Source: Paramecium tetraurelia (taxonomy: Eukaryota). Taken from it: 64,000 nucleotides of DNA. The notes under the pieces were generated by a model, which worked only from the letters and a program-made list of their open reading frames with translations, did no database searches and was not told where the DNA came from. Position 1 is the stretch's first letter; each line of letters begins with the position of its first letter. Below, piece by piece: positions 25,547 to 39,274 of this stretch. A program made the translations under genes and the position numbers. The stretch is taken from NCBI GenBank assembly GCA_000165425.1, contig CT868025.1, positions 1 through 64,000 of the forward strand. Direction: 5' to 3'.

Positions 25547-25867
25547 TAAGTATTAGTATTTTGGCACTATTTAATTCTATTATATATAAATTTTTATTTA
25601 TTTAAATTTCTAAAAATTAATAATAATTAATTATTTGAAGTAACATTAGAAAATTCATGATAAATTCATTTAAAAATTCATTTATTTTGGTATATTAATT
25701 TCGCCAAACATAAGTTATTTAAAAACTCTATTTAAGGAAGGAAATCATCTTAATATAAATTTTATTAGAGAATTAAATGTATAAGGGATATAAATTGAAA
25801 AAAATCCTTCTAAAGTTTATCTTCTGTTTATGAGTATATACTTATCGTCGTTATCATATAAATAATT

Positions 25868-26542
25868 ATGGATAATAAATCGTTAGTTATTTATATTAGA
25901 GAGGATGATGAACTATAAACAAAAAGGAAGACTGAAAATGAAGATATTGTTCCGTAATTAAATTAATAATCTTGCTAAATTGGTAAGAAGATTAAAAGAG
26001 GTTAATTACTTTGGAAAGAGTTTTACAATAAAGAATTAATTTAGAACAAATAGAAAAATCCTTACGCCACTCATAATGAATTAACTTCCATCATATCGAA
26101 GAAATGGAAAAAAAAGAAATAACATAAGAAGAAAGTTGATAAATTAAAATTGAAAATAAAGCAAGAACATATTACTGAATATACTATTGAAGGTAATAAT
26201 CCTGAGGAGATGCCAACTAATCATAAATAAACTGATGATATTGTTGAGAAGATTAGAATTTAAACTTTTAAATTAATTTACTTAAATACTATTTTTGATC
26301 TTAAAGGAGAGGAAATTTTAGAGGCAATCAAAGATAATATGCAATTCATTTGCATAAATAAATCATATGAGAATTATTAAATAGGTGAAAAAGATTTCAA
26401 TAAATCTAAAGCGACACAAAACAACCAGGAAGTTCAAGAGAAATAAGTAGTGCAAAATTAAAAGGATCCACAAGATGAAATTGTAATCGATGAATATGAG
26501 ACAAACATTAAATTATTAAATAAAATCGTGAATTATTTATGA
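25868..26542 (+). CDS. Single HMG-box/YABBY-like DNA-binding protein (224 aa)
   Basis: Intronless 675-nt ORF in code 6 containing KRGQLLWKEFYNKELIQNKQKNPYATHNELTSIISKKWKKKK, which fits the HMG-box helix 1-2 pattern. Confidence 0.6.
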
Positions 26543-26849
26543 AAACATATGACATTTTTTAATAATATTATAAATAAGATATTTGCACTCGAAATTATTA
26601 ACAGAAATAATAACAAATAACTATAAAGGATAATCTATTGTAATAAGGATTATTTAGAAATTATATGAAAATTTTAAGTTTTAAAAATGCTTTTTGTATT
26701 TATCTATCCATTTTGTGCATTTAAATTAAATTAATATTGGGATAGAAATCTCACACATTATTTCAAACATATAAGATTATTCTGTATTCGTTTAAAAAAA
26801 ATTGTTAATTGATTTTAATTTTTGAGTAATAAATTGAAATTAATATTGA

Positions 26850-27150
26850 TGGATCTATAGGAATCAGCAAGATTAATCAGTATAAGTGCTATATGAAATT
26901 ATTATTAGTTTAGGCTCATCAAGATATTCTGATGAATTTTAACCATTCTATTCTTGAAAATTTGTCTTATAATCTAAAGTAGGAGCTATTGGAAGATATC
27001 TAAATAAGAGCTGTGATGTGTGTTGAGTTTTTCACAAAGAACATCTAATACTCAACTATTCATAAGATTGCTTGTAGAATGAACTTCTAATAATTCACTC
27101 CAAGAGAGATTATAAACTAATAACACTGCAAGGATAAACACTCCTACTCA
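26850..27150 (+). pseudogene. Fragment of a cyclic-nucleotide-binding K+ channel (C-linker and start of CNBD only)
   Basis: ILENLSYNLKQELLEDIQIRAVMCVEFFTKNIQYSTIHKIACRMNFQQFTPREII resembles the C-linker of EAG/CNG-type ciliate channels. No pore or TM region upstream, and the similarity collapses downstream. Confidence 0.5.
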
Positions 27151-27578
27151 AGAAACCTGGCTAAGTCTTTTAAATATACATTTTATTCTAAAAAAGCAAT
27201 ATTGATATGCTAAATGAGAATGATGTCTGCTTCAAAAACACTTATTTTTCTAAAAGGCCATCAAACAAAAAACCTAAATGATTTCTAGTCAGTTTCTGAT
27301 GATAATTATGAATATAATTATAATATTACTTAAAAAGGGAATTATTTAGTATTTGAAGTTTTAATGAAATTTTTAATTTATTATGCTCTGTTTTACTACC
27401 ATTTGCTTTGATTCAAGGGGATTTGATGAGTATATAGCCTAATCATTGGTTGTAGATGTTTAACATTATATAAATTTTAATTTTTAATATAGTTGTTTAA
27501 AAATTAAATATAATTTACCCTCCTTTAAAGGTTTGAAAAAAAAGGGAATGAAGAATTAATAATAATTTGAAAAATTAA

Positions 27579-28064
27579 ATGTTTACACCACCAAACTTTG
27601 CTGCTCATTGTGCCTTACATAAAATAACTAAAATTATGACTAGAATATTTTAGTTATATGATAAGTTAAGATTAGAAACCACAATAGAAATCCCAAAGTC
27701 AAATTAAGTAAGAAATTTAATTTAATTATAGAAATTATGCAAAACACTTAAGAACCTTTATCAGATGAATCTAGACGATGAAACTCTCATCTTGGCTTTT
27801 TATTTTGTTGACTAGATCACCAAAAAGCTAAGAATATTTCTTAACTTAGAAAATAGTACTGGATTACTGATTGGAGCAATTATAATAGCTGATAAGGTTC
27901 TGAATGACCAGCCAAGAAATATTGAGAAGTTCAAATTGGCTAGTGGACTCAAAAAAGAATAGCTTATTTATATCGAGAGTTACTTTTTGGAAACTTTGGA
28001 TTACAATTTGTTTGTCTCCCAGGAAAATTTTGAAAAGTACTTTAAAAGAGTATAAGATTATTGA
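27579..28064 (+). CDS. PHO80/U-type cyclin-like protein
   Basis: ETLILAFYFVDQI..LNLENSTGLLIGAIIIADKVLND..GLKKEQLIYIESYFLETLDYNLFVSQENFEKY. One 24-nt intron. Confidence 0.8.
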
Positions 28065-28162
28065 TTTAATTTTTTTACTCTTTTTTTTCTACTTTTACAA
28101 ATTTTTCATTTGAGATTTAAATTTTATATTTTATTTATCAATTATATATATTAATTTATTTA

Positions 28163-29113
28163 ATGGGTTGTCTCTTTGGCAAGAAATAATTAGTTAATCA
28201 GGAAAGTGAGATTAGTTAGGATATTTCAATAAAGCTGGACTCAAGTGCATTCAACATGCAGAATGAATTGAAATTCTTAGGTGCTAACAATATAATATTA
28301 AAGGTTACCCGTATTATTCTACATTGACAAAAAAGTTGAACGAGATTGTTCATTCGAAAATAGCAGAATGGTCACAATATGAGAATGAACTTAATGATCA
28401 CAAAAATAAATTCTAAAAATATATCCAATTGATGGATGCCATTATGGAGGATTAAGAGGTATTGTAAAATATCAATAATTTTGATCAGGAAAATTGAAAA
28501 TCTTCCTGAAGAATTTAATACAGATTTCAAACCTTGTCTTATTATTGATGTTCAGACAGGCAATTTTAGGAATCAAGGAAGCGAAACTTATTACTATGTT
28601 GTCATATCATTGGGAAACAATCAAGTCAAAGAATAATAGACAAGTGTTCAAAAGAGTTCCAAATACATGGAATGGAATGAAGTCATCATGTTTAATTTAG
28701 ATGATACCAGTTTGAATAATCAATTTAAACTATAAATCAAACAGCTTAACAAAGTTGGATCTAAAGAGTCTAAATCAGTAGGTCACAGTATCACCTTTAC
28801 TTTTGAGGAATTGAAGGAGCAGATTATAAATGAGAAAACCATTAGACTCAAAGAGAAAGAGGATATTATTGGAAGTTTATAGATGAGGTACAAATTTTGT
28901 CTACGTAGATGCCAATTGATACATGACGTCAAAGATTTTGCTTTATAATGGAAGAAAGAACTCAAATATCGAAGTTAATAGATAGAAAGGATCATGTAAA
29001 AGAGCAAACTCAATGCCAACGACAACGATGTGCAATTTCAATCATTGATGTCATTTCATTCAAATAGGCAACACAATGAAACTGTGTATGATTTATAATT
29101 TGAAGTTTAATGA
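28163..29113 (+). CDS. C2-domain protein with N-terminal acylation motif; apparent +1 frameshift near 28490
   Basis: Starts MGCLFGK. C2-like LIIDVQTGNF...YYYVVISLGNNQVKEQQTSVQK..MEWNEVIMF. The first frame ends CAG GAA AAT TGA and the C2 region continues in another frame. Confidence 0.55.
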
Positions 29114-29558
29114 TATTATTGCACAATATTCTACATCCTTCTAGATATATAGACATTTCTATATATGAGCATTCCTTTCTGTAGACTTACTTTGATTTAA
29201 TCATTGATAGTCTGAAAAATCATAAGTAAGATTTTATACTGTATTCTTTGTATACCTTAATCTCCTTCGATTAAATTGCTCAATTTTTTGTTGAATATTA
29301 GAATATTACTATTTGTTTTAGTTGATTAATTTTATTCACACTGATCAGTAAAGTAATTAAAATTTGATATTTATGATTATAGAGAATCAATCTGATGAGA
29401 AAATTATATTAAAAAAATAAAAATGTCATTTTCATGTGTACAGTATTTCAGTTCTAGAGTGTTTTCTTAAATAATTATTCAAATTTTACAGTAATTATAG
29501 AAGCTCCGATGAATTATTTACAATTATAATAAAATTCTCTAAAAGTGACAATTACCTG

Positions 29559-32500
29559 ATGAATTAGACCAATTCTAAATTAGAAAAACAAGTGATATTT
29601 CCGAAACAATAATGTCTCCTTCCAAGTCTGTATTGTGATTACAGTGCAAGGAAAAAATAAAAATTAAAGACTTATTTCCTCTAAGAGAAATGTTCTTCAA
29701 TTAGTCCTAATAAGCAGACTATCAAGACATAGAGAGATCTGACTAAGCAAATGGATTCTGAAAGAAATTCAGAACTTTATTCATTTGATGATGAAGTTAG
29801 CAGATCTGCTCGGTTTTAGAGAAAATCAAGATTGCATCAACGAAAGAAAATCCTTAATCAGCCTATTCTAAACAAAAATAAGCCTTTGTTAACAGATACA
29901 CAAATTGAAACAGACACTCCTTACTTCAAAGATAAGGAATCATCTTTTAGTTAGTCTAATGATGAAAATGAGGAGAAGAATGAAAACAAAATTGATTTAA
30001 AACTTGAAGGGGAGACTGGGAAGGCCTTGAAATAGATAAGTCATAAAATAAGTAATTGTATGTTATCATTTATTCAGATCAAGAGTTGAACAACTCATTT
30101 TATCATTTTATCAAAAAATCAGAAAAGATGAAAGATTTGATTCTAAATTTTCAGCAAAAGGATAATTTGAGTCCCATTCATTATTATTGCTTAAATGAAA
30201 GCATATTTCCTAAAAGAATCGAACTGAGTAAGCAAGATGTGAAAGAAATCAATTTATCAGATTTAGGATTAACCCCAAAATATATTCCATTGATTAGAAA
30301 TTTATTAAGTTAAAAACGAGACAAAAATATCAAATCAGTGGATATCAGTCAAAACAAAATTAATGAATGGTCATTAAAGTTGTTAATTGATGTATTCCCC
30401 TTAAAAGTCAAAACCATTAATTTATCTCTTAATTAATTAAACCGTCGAGGAGCAGTACTTCTGTCTGAACATTTGAATAAATTTGAAAAGTATAATACAA
30501 TTATTACTCAGTCTGAGGAACTTGAATTTAAAAGGAAATCAAATAGGGGATATAGGAACTGCAACAATTTTAGAGGCATTAAAACCAAGTTTGAAAATCA
30601 AAAAATTAAATTTATCAGACAATGCAATTTCTGATTTGATTTGCAATGAATTAAAAGAATTTATTCTAAAAAACTAGGCCTTACAAGTCTTAAGTCTAAA
30701 CTGGAATTAATTGGGACCTATTGCTGGATTGCATATTGCAAAGGGGTTGAATTACAATAAATCAATTAAGGTAGTAGATTTGAGCTATAATAAAATTGGA
30801 TAGAGTGATAATAATTATGATTGTATCAAAGAATGGTGTTCATTGCTGAGTAACACCTATACTGAATTGATTCATCTGGATCTGTCTTATAATTAGTTTA
30901 ATTAGAAATAGCTCTAATTAATTAATTATTCAATTCTAAAGAATTCACGTTTGTATGGATTACATGTTGAAGGAAATAAATGTTTGGCTCATGTTGATCC
31001 TTTGGGATTCATACAATTTCCTTAGTAAATCAAAGGAAAATAGAGTATGCAACCTAAACATTAAAATATTGATGGAGTTAACTTCATTCCAATGTTAAAT
31101 GAGAATGAAAATGGATCTGACTGTTGTTGGATATGCCAAGGGTGGATGGAGTATCATTTTGTTTATGAGCCTGAACCTGAAGAATCTCAAACTGATTCTA
31201 TATACTTGCACTTAGATTTTTTAGAGTAAATACTTATGAGTATATTAGTTTCAAACCCATATCGATGACTACAAGTAAGGAATTATGGAAATAACTAAGT
31301 AGTAAATTCAACAGTACTACTGTTTTGGAAGATCTAACAACAGGAGAGATAATTCATTAGTTAAAGCATACTTTTAGTGCTGGTAAGATTATTACAATGA
31401 CTGCCATAAATGATGCCTACACTGAAGATATTAAGACTAAGGATGATATGAAATCGATATTATCAGAGTTGAATTCAAAGTTCTTTTTCACTTCATATCA
31501 AATGTGTCCTCCCAATCAAAAAATACTTTATTTTTTTTCGAATCCCACTGGAAAGGGGATATTTATAAATCCAAGATTTCCAATAATATCATTACGATCT
31601 GCAGAGAATATTGAATTGACTATGGATAAAGAGAAAGTATTCTTCTACCCAGATGGATCTCAGATCTCATTATCTCAGGTAGATTAAGTGAATTATTTTC
31701 AAACTAAATAAATGTTTGTTATTGATTAGAAGAATTAGTTCAAGCCTCTGGTAAAGGTAATTCCTAGATGTTTAGAGAATAAATACTTTTTAAAAAGATT
31801 TGCGGTTGATGCATCCAAACAAAAATCAAATTTGATTTATTGGTAAAAGGATTAATCAGCCTTTAAATCATATTAAGGAGACACTGAGGATGTCTTGGAT
31901 GAGTGCTTTCAATTTGATTGGAATTGTATGGGCATTTAGCATTTTCTAAAAAGTTAATAGGAATTAGAAGGAGTAGTTGAGATTATGAGATTCCATTATG
32001 CATAGATAAAGAACATCTACAAGTATTATTCAAGCTTTGGGTACAATGCTAATAAACAGCAGAATGGTTATCAAGTAGAAACATTTAATATTCCTCTTGA
32101 TTTGATTTATGATCTCACCCAAGAATTGTTACCTCAAGGCATATAAATTGAGGAGGTATAATCTTAGGTGAATTAAATTAAATACAATTGCGATTCAAAA
32201 TTTATTTATAATCCAGAGAATGGCTTCGTTAGATATTAGTTTATGGAATTCCTATTTAGAATAGCATTTCTAGTGACTAAGTAAAAATGGAAACCTAGAC
32301 TGATTGTGGATGAAGTTTATCGAGTTTTCCAAGTATTAGCAGAAAGATTTGCAGCATTTGATAACCAATAGTAATGGAGAGAAGAACGTTTGTGGACAAA
32401 AGAGTGTGGCAATCTAATTTATATAAAATAAGGTTTTATTCAGAGATTACATGATTATGTGGCATGCATTCAAAATAAGAAATGGACTTTCAAATTAAAG

Positions 32501-33159
32501 TGGATAGCATTGACCGAGTTCCTAGAATTTTGCAGTTTAATGGGATTTCAGTAATTCCTCAGTGAAACTCAATTAAAAATCATTTACAATTTGGCAATGT
32601 AGACTCATTAGGATGAATTGACTCAAGATAGACATTTAAGGATGTCTACTGTTGAGTTCACAGAAGCTTTAGCTAGAATTGCAGAATATATTAGTCCGAA
32701 TGAAGGCGAAATGAATAGTGCTACGACCAGTAGGTTGGTGCTTCCATTGCATATCAAATTAGAAAACGTGTTAACACATATTTTTGATACGTTGAGGACT
32801 CTTAAGTATTTACATTTACATATAAAGAGTGAATAACTTCGAAAGTTTTAGTATATACTTTAGCTAGAATCCGAATCTGTATCCGATTTTGCCAAGGGGC
32901 AATTAGGTCCAATCAGATTAATATGAATGCACAACCCAAGAGTTGAGGATTTATAATACTCTATCCTATTTGAGTAACACTTTAATTTATACGATTAGAA
33001 ATGTTTAAGACCCCGTATCTGCATCCGAATTATAAGTAATTCTTAGAAATACCTTTCCAATTCGTTTAAGCTTAGAAACAAAAGAGAAATGTGGTGGAAA
33101 GATAGATGACTCAAAAGTAGAAACTGTTGAAGTTGAAGGCTACATTATAATTACTGTGA
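29559..33159 (+). CDS. Leucine-rich-repeat (RNI-like) protein, paralog 1
   Basis: Repeated LxxLxLxxNxI units (LNLKGNQIGD, LNLSDNAISD, LSLNWNQLGP), then DCCWICQGW, YQMCPP and MSTVEFTEALARIA. Tiny introns. Confidence 0.85.
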
Positions 33160-33197
33160 TTGTCATTTTGATATGTTAATTAATAATTTATAAACTT

Positions 33198-36100
33198 ATG
33201 AAAAATAGTCTTGAAAGATCTAAATGTTCATTGCCTCGATTAAAAGATTACTCAAAGGAGAAAGCAGAAAAACTTAAATCCTTTTTTCGATCCAATCGAA
33301 GCATATCAGAAAATAAGATTATTCAAAGCAAACTAAAAACATAGAAATTGCTGTATAATGATGAATTTTCCGATGATCATGGTGTGATGGCATATTACAT
33401 AAAAAGCAGCGAGAAATTGATTGGCATGAGATAGATGATAGAGAGCACTACATTAAAGCCAGGTTAAGGAGAATATAAAAAGAAGAATTTCCCTTTGGGT
33501 CTCTTGTAACACAGTTCTTCGCTTTTAAAATAAATTAAAACAGAGACTGAAGCAGAGTAATTCAGGGATCAAGATACGAAGGATTAGAACGGGATGGAGA
33601 GTTTGTCATTTTAATAGGAATTAAGCCAAAACGAGGATCAAGACTATGATTTGTTGAGTGAAGAGAGCAGTAGTGACGAGCCAAAAAGGTTTGATGGAGT
33701 TGAGTTACAATAAGAAATCAAGAAAATATAGCATAAACTACGTAAAGAATATATTTTTATAAATAGATCAAGAAATAGATTAATCTTATTTCTACTTCAT
33801 CAAAAGATAGGATAGATTAAGAGATTTGGCCATCAATTTCAACAAAAAAAATGTGGATCCTATTAATTTCTATTGTCTCAATGATAACATATTTCCGAAA
33901 CGAATAGATCTATCGAATTGTTTGATCAACAATAAGGAAATGCACTTTTCAGATCTAGGGTTGACGGAGAAGTACTTTCCATTGATAAAAAATCTATTGC
34001 AATCTGTTAAAAGTAAAGCAGTAAAACAACTGTTCTTATGTAATAATCAATTGGATGATAAGTCCCTATTGTATTTGATTGAGGGATTTCCCATTGCATT
34101 AAAGGAAGTCAACTTGGGCAACAATGTATTGGGCAGAAGAGGAGCAGGCATAATTGTAAGTCACATCTCCAAATTTCTGAACTTAAAATCATTAAATCTC
34201 CAAAATAACTTACTAGGAGATAAAGGCGTGACGCTATTGCTTAGCAGCATTCAGAGGAATATGACTATCATCAAACTAAATTTGTCAGAAAATTAAATTA
34301 CTGATTCATGTTCTACGGTCTTTTATCAGTTTTTGTTGTAGAATAATTTTATTGAAATTCTAGTGTTGAATTGGAATTAATTGGGACCTACCACTGGAAC
34401 TATGATAGCCAAAGGTTTACAATAAAATAGGTCAGTAAAAGTCTTAGATCTAAGTTACAATCATTTGGGGTAGAATGAAAGAAGCAATTGTATCCAATGT
34501 TGGTGTGAAACTATTACCAACTCATAATTCTCGTTAGTCCATTTGGATATCTCGTATAACTAATTGAGTGAAAAACAGTTAAGGTAATTCAGTTAGGCCT
34601 TGCTTAAAAATAACAGCTTGTATGGCTTGCATATTGAAGGCAATAAGTGTTCAGCCAAGGTGGATCCTTATGGATTCATTCAATTTATAAGTGATGCCGA
34701 AGAATTTAAAGTAGTATAATAAAAAAAAAATGTTATAGATGGAGTAAACTACATTCCAATCTAGGGGGATAGTTTATTTGGGAATGATTGTTGTTGGATT
34801 TGCTAAGGATGGATGGAGTATCGATTCCAATACAATCCAGAGAATGATAGCAATCAGGATCCAATATTCATCCATCTTGATTTTCTAGAGTAATAGTATG
34901 ATTAACTATTAGTTACTAGCCAATTCCTATGACCTCGAGTTACGAATTAAGACAATAATTGATTGAAGCATCAAAGAGAAAAAGCAGTTACCTAGATCTT
35001 ACCACGGGTGAAATTATACATCAACTGAAATAGCTGGTCAATAATGAAAAGAGGATAACTTTGGCTGCAATCACAGAAGCATACACTGAGGAAACCAGTA
35101 AGAAGAGTGAAGAAATTACAAAATAAATGATACAAGAATTAAGTAGGTTTTATTATACCACATATCAAATGTGTCCTCCAAAGAAGAAGATACTGTATTT
35201 CTTTTCTAATCCTATTCGAGAAGAATACTTTATTGATCCCAGAGTGATGACCATGCCAGCCCCATTGGACAACTTAATACTCCAAGGCAAAGACCCAAAG
35301 CACTCTATTCACATATTCCAAGATGGAACCAAATTGGCTTTTAAGAAGATCCAATATGTTAATTACATCTATTCAAGATAGGAATACATAATTGATGACA
35401 AGGACAATTATAAGCCCTTGATTAAAGTCTTCCCCAGATCATCATAGAAGAAATATGTACTGAGGAGATTTGCCAATTGCTTAGTCAGAAAACAGGCTCA
35501 TCTCATTAAGTGGAATAAGGAAGATTCCATTTTCAGACCATTCATAGGAGACACTGAAGAATTGTTAAATGAGTGCTTCGAATATGACTGGAATAGTAGT
35601 AAAATCAGTAGATTTGTTAAAAGCGAGTATGAAAGAATAAAACTTAAAGAATATTTCAGATCTAGCTATTAACTTCTGAAAGATGTCTACAAATTTTATT
35701 CGAGTTTGGGCTATCAACCTCCCAACTTTGATGTTTTTTGCATTTAAATTCCCTAATACATGAAACTAATCAATAAATTAGCCATCATTGATGGGGATTT
35801 GTTGAAATCGTAAGATGTTGATATCGACATAGTTTCATTAAAAAACAATATCGATCCTAAGTATATTTACAATCCTGAAAAAGCATTGGTAAGATATCAG
35901 TTTTTGGAAATGTTCTTCAGAATTGCCAATGACAAATATGTCAGAAATGATATTTATAAGAGCTATGCTGATGCTCTCTTTAGATTACTCAAGGAATTCA
36001 AGGAATAATATGAGTACTTTGACTAAATATAAGATTGGAGAACTTAAAGACTGTGGACACGAGAATGCGATCATCTGTTATAAATTAAAATGCCCTTTGT

Positions 36101-36889
36101 TAAAAAGCTCTATGATTATGTCACTGATATTGCTAATAGAAAGTGGTATTTTAAATTAAAATGGATTTCAATCAGAGAATTCAAGGAGTTCTGCAGATAA
36201 TTCAATCTTCATGAATATCTATCAGAGAAACAATAGGTCATCATCTATAATTTCTCAATGATGACTCAAGTCGATGAATTGACATTAGATAGAAACATAA
36301 GAATGACTTTTATTGAATTTGTTGAAGCATTAGGACGGATAGCTGAAAGGATTAGTGCTGCACCTATCACTGATGCGGCTGATAATTACACTCTCTTATA
36401 GAGATAACTGTTGCCCTTGCATATTAAGTTAGAAACTTTGTTGACTTACTTGTACTACTAGATGAAATAAAAAGATATAGAGTTCGAGCAGTTTTGTGAC
36501 TTATTTGTGTATTTCAAACCGGATTAATCACCCAAGATCAGTATGCCTAAGGTAGATAAAAACAAGAAACCAGAAAAAGACCACGACTATCACAATGTTA
36601 TTACTTCTCTTACTCTTTATAATGCAGTCTCGTATTTAAGTACTTTATTAAATTAGTTTAAGATTAGAATAAGCAGCCCTATTTGCATCCAAAATATAAA
36701 CAGTTTTTAAAACAAAATTTAATCCAAACAGCCCCTGTCCGCCCTTTCTAACATATTTTATAAAGCGATAAGATACGAAAACCAAGAATGATTATAGATC
36801 CTTAAAATTTGGAATTAAGATCAAATGTTTAATAATTGAATAAGTAATAAAGTCCAAACATGTAAACTACTCTCTCTTAAAATGCATGA
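33198..36889 (+). CDS. Leucine-rich-repeat (RNI-like) protein, paralog 2
   Basis: Same architecture as paralog 1: LNLQNNLLGD, LNWNQLGP, DCCWICQGW, YQMCPP, MTFIEFVEALGRIA and LPLHIKLE. Confidence 0.85.
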
Positions 36890-36976
36890 TTATATATTGT
36901 AAATTATATATAAACATCCATCAAAGATTAAAAAATAAAGAAAAACATGTATGTGTTGTAATAATTTAAACTCAAT

Positions 36977-37669
36977 TCAAATGTGGACATTATCTCTGTT
37001 TTAACTCTTGGCATACTTTTTCAATTCCTCTTTTATGAATTCTTTGTTAACACTATTTGGAATCTGTGGCAAATGCTTTCTAATTTCATCATATTTCTGA
37101 ATTAATTCAAGTGAAATATCATAATTGGTTTGCACTAGAATGTAAGCAATTGATTTTAGATGTTTCAGAGAGTAAAACAAATCGCCAAAGTATCCTTCCA
37201 ATTCTTCTGGATCTTCCAATTATTTCACACTGCTTTCAATGTTGTGATTTAATTGGCGCAATTAAGAATTTTCATCTGAATATCTCGCTAAAGTAGAGGA
37301 TGGGACATTCATGAGTACATAAATGTGCTATTGCTTCAAGCCAAGACTCTCCAATTGTTTAAGTAGATTGTATTCTTAGAAATAGTAATAGCGTGTGTCT
37401 TTCTTAAATGAAATGACCAGCAATTAATCAATCTATTTGATGCTTGCCAATTTGAGTGGATTGGATGTTGTTTGGACAATCTATCCTACTTCCTAAGACT
37501 TTTAAAGATGCTAATCTATATAGATAGATGCAGGACCATATTAAGCAATGATTATGGCTTAGCTTTGACTTAATACTGCACTTGGCAATTTAATTTCAAG
37601 AAATGAGAAACTTATTTGTTCCTAATCTTCTTATTATTCGTGTTATTATATGTCTTCAGATTATTACAT
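36977..37669 (-). CDS. Hypothetical protein (230 aa), weakly like proteasome assembly chaperone 1
   Basis: Clean intronless code-6 ORF from MQQSEDIQ to RDNVHI-TGA. LEDPEELEGYFGDLFYSLKHLKSIAYILV resembles the PAC1 C-terminal motif, but the product call is tentative. Confidence 0.55.
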
Positions 37670-37866
37670 AATATTAATAAATTTATGTTAAAATTAATCC
37701 TAATATTAGTAATTGGGTTATCCATCTATTTACATACTGAAAAGATGATAAAATATCATAATATCAATGCATAGAATAATTATTAATTGAAAGGCATAGT
37801 AATTATGATATTATTACAAATAGATAGAATTTAAAAATATATAGATAGATACAAAATTGATGATGG

Positions 37867-39260
37867 TCAACTTTTTAGTTTTATTAAATCAAACATATTT
37901 GGGAGTTGAAGCATTTTTGTGCTAACACTCTCAAATTATTTGTCTTCTTCGTCAGAAATACATAAGGATGAGATTTATCTATAGAATTCTCGTTTTATTG
38001 AAGATCTCTCCAATTCAGTTTGCACTTCTTGAATCCCTTCCAGATTTTGAGGTTGATGAATAACAATTTTAGTTTAAGTTTGGTTTTGATTAGTGGAGTC
38101 TTTTTGGGTTTGCTGCATTTGTTGTTAACTTGTTTGTTATGAATTCATCTTTTTGATCTAGGATATTTTAAATTTACAATGTTACCCAATCGTATTAAAA
38201 ATCTTTTTCATTGACACTCAATTACTGAAGTAAATTTCTAAATAGTTTCTTTAGGAATTCGTAATCACCCAAGGGATACTATTACACATTGGTCATTCTG
38301 ATAAACTAAAAGTATTGGAGTATTTCTATTGGCATGTCTTTGCAATATTTTTCTGGAATCATTCTCAGTTTTTGCTCTTCCATTTTCTTAATTTTGGATC
38401 CATGCTCTTTGACTTTGAACAAGTCTCCCTTCTTGAGGAAATACATCAATATAAATCCTAGGGATTCCAGATCATCTTTTGGGGAGGCAGCTATAGATCA
38501 AAAGGGATGTGCATACTTAAACCTAAATGCTGATTTAGACTAGAGTATTTGGTTAATTTGTTGAGATTGGAAAATTTGGATGCATATCCTATGAATTTGC
38601 CATTCTTGTGTTTGTATTTGGTTGAATGTTAGAAATCAATGAGTACCAAATCATTTTTGCCAAGTTGAGTTAATATTTTTTTGGGTCTGAGATTGCAATG
38701 AACAATTGATTGATTATGGAGTTTTTCGAGAATGTTTAACTAAATATGGGATTTGCAATTTACAATTTGTATAGCAATCATACAAATGGTTGGTAATGTG
38801 AATTCATAATTGACAAATTAGAAACAAAGTTTGAGACTTGGTCCATATCTGTCAAATACTTAGTAATAATAGTTGGTATTCTGCAGACGAACATCTCCTG
38901 AAATCTGAAGAGTCGGCATGTAGGGAACTGAAAACAATATTAGTTAAAAACTCACCATTTGCCAACTTCTTAAGGAGTTTTTCTTCCTCTTGTAAACTGT
39001 CGATGTTTGTGTTTGCCTATCAGGTAAATGAACTAACAATAGAATTTAAAGAATTATTTACATTACCAATCTCACGATGAAGTAGTTACCTGGCTGAGCC
39101 TGATTGAGGGCTGCGAATATAAAAGTATAAGTATATAAAGAGTACCCAAATACCAGTTATGTTTCTTGCCTCTGTAAATGCAGGTTTTCAATACGTAATG
39201 TTGGCCAACGACGATCAAATTCTATTTTTGATAGCTGTCCTTTGATTTGGTTTCACTCAT
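37867..39260 (-). CDS. Casein kinase 1-like pseudokinase
   Basis: YGPSLK..FTLPTICMIAIQ..LEKLHNQSIVHCNLRPKKIL..LVLIDFQ..YSSLNQHLG..DDLESLGFILMYFLK. CK1 fold with HRD changed to HCN and DFG changed to DFQ. Confidence 0.8.
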
Positions 39261-39274
39261 TAATAATAAATATA

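Noticed and set aside
29110..29420. Possible box C/D snoRNAs (TGAT..CTGA motifs)
   Set aside because: Such short motifs are expected by chance in AT-rich DNA, and I could verify no terminal stem or rRNA complementarity.
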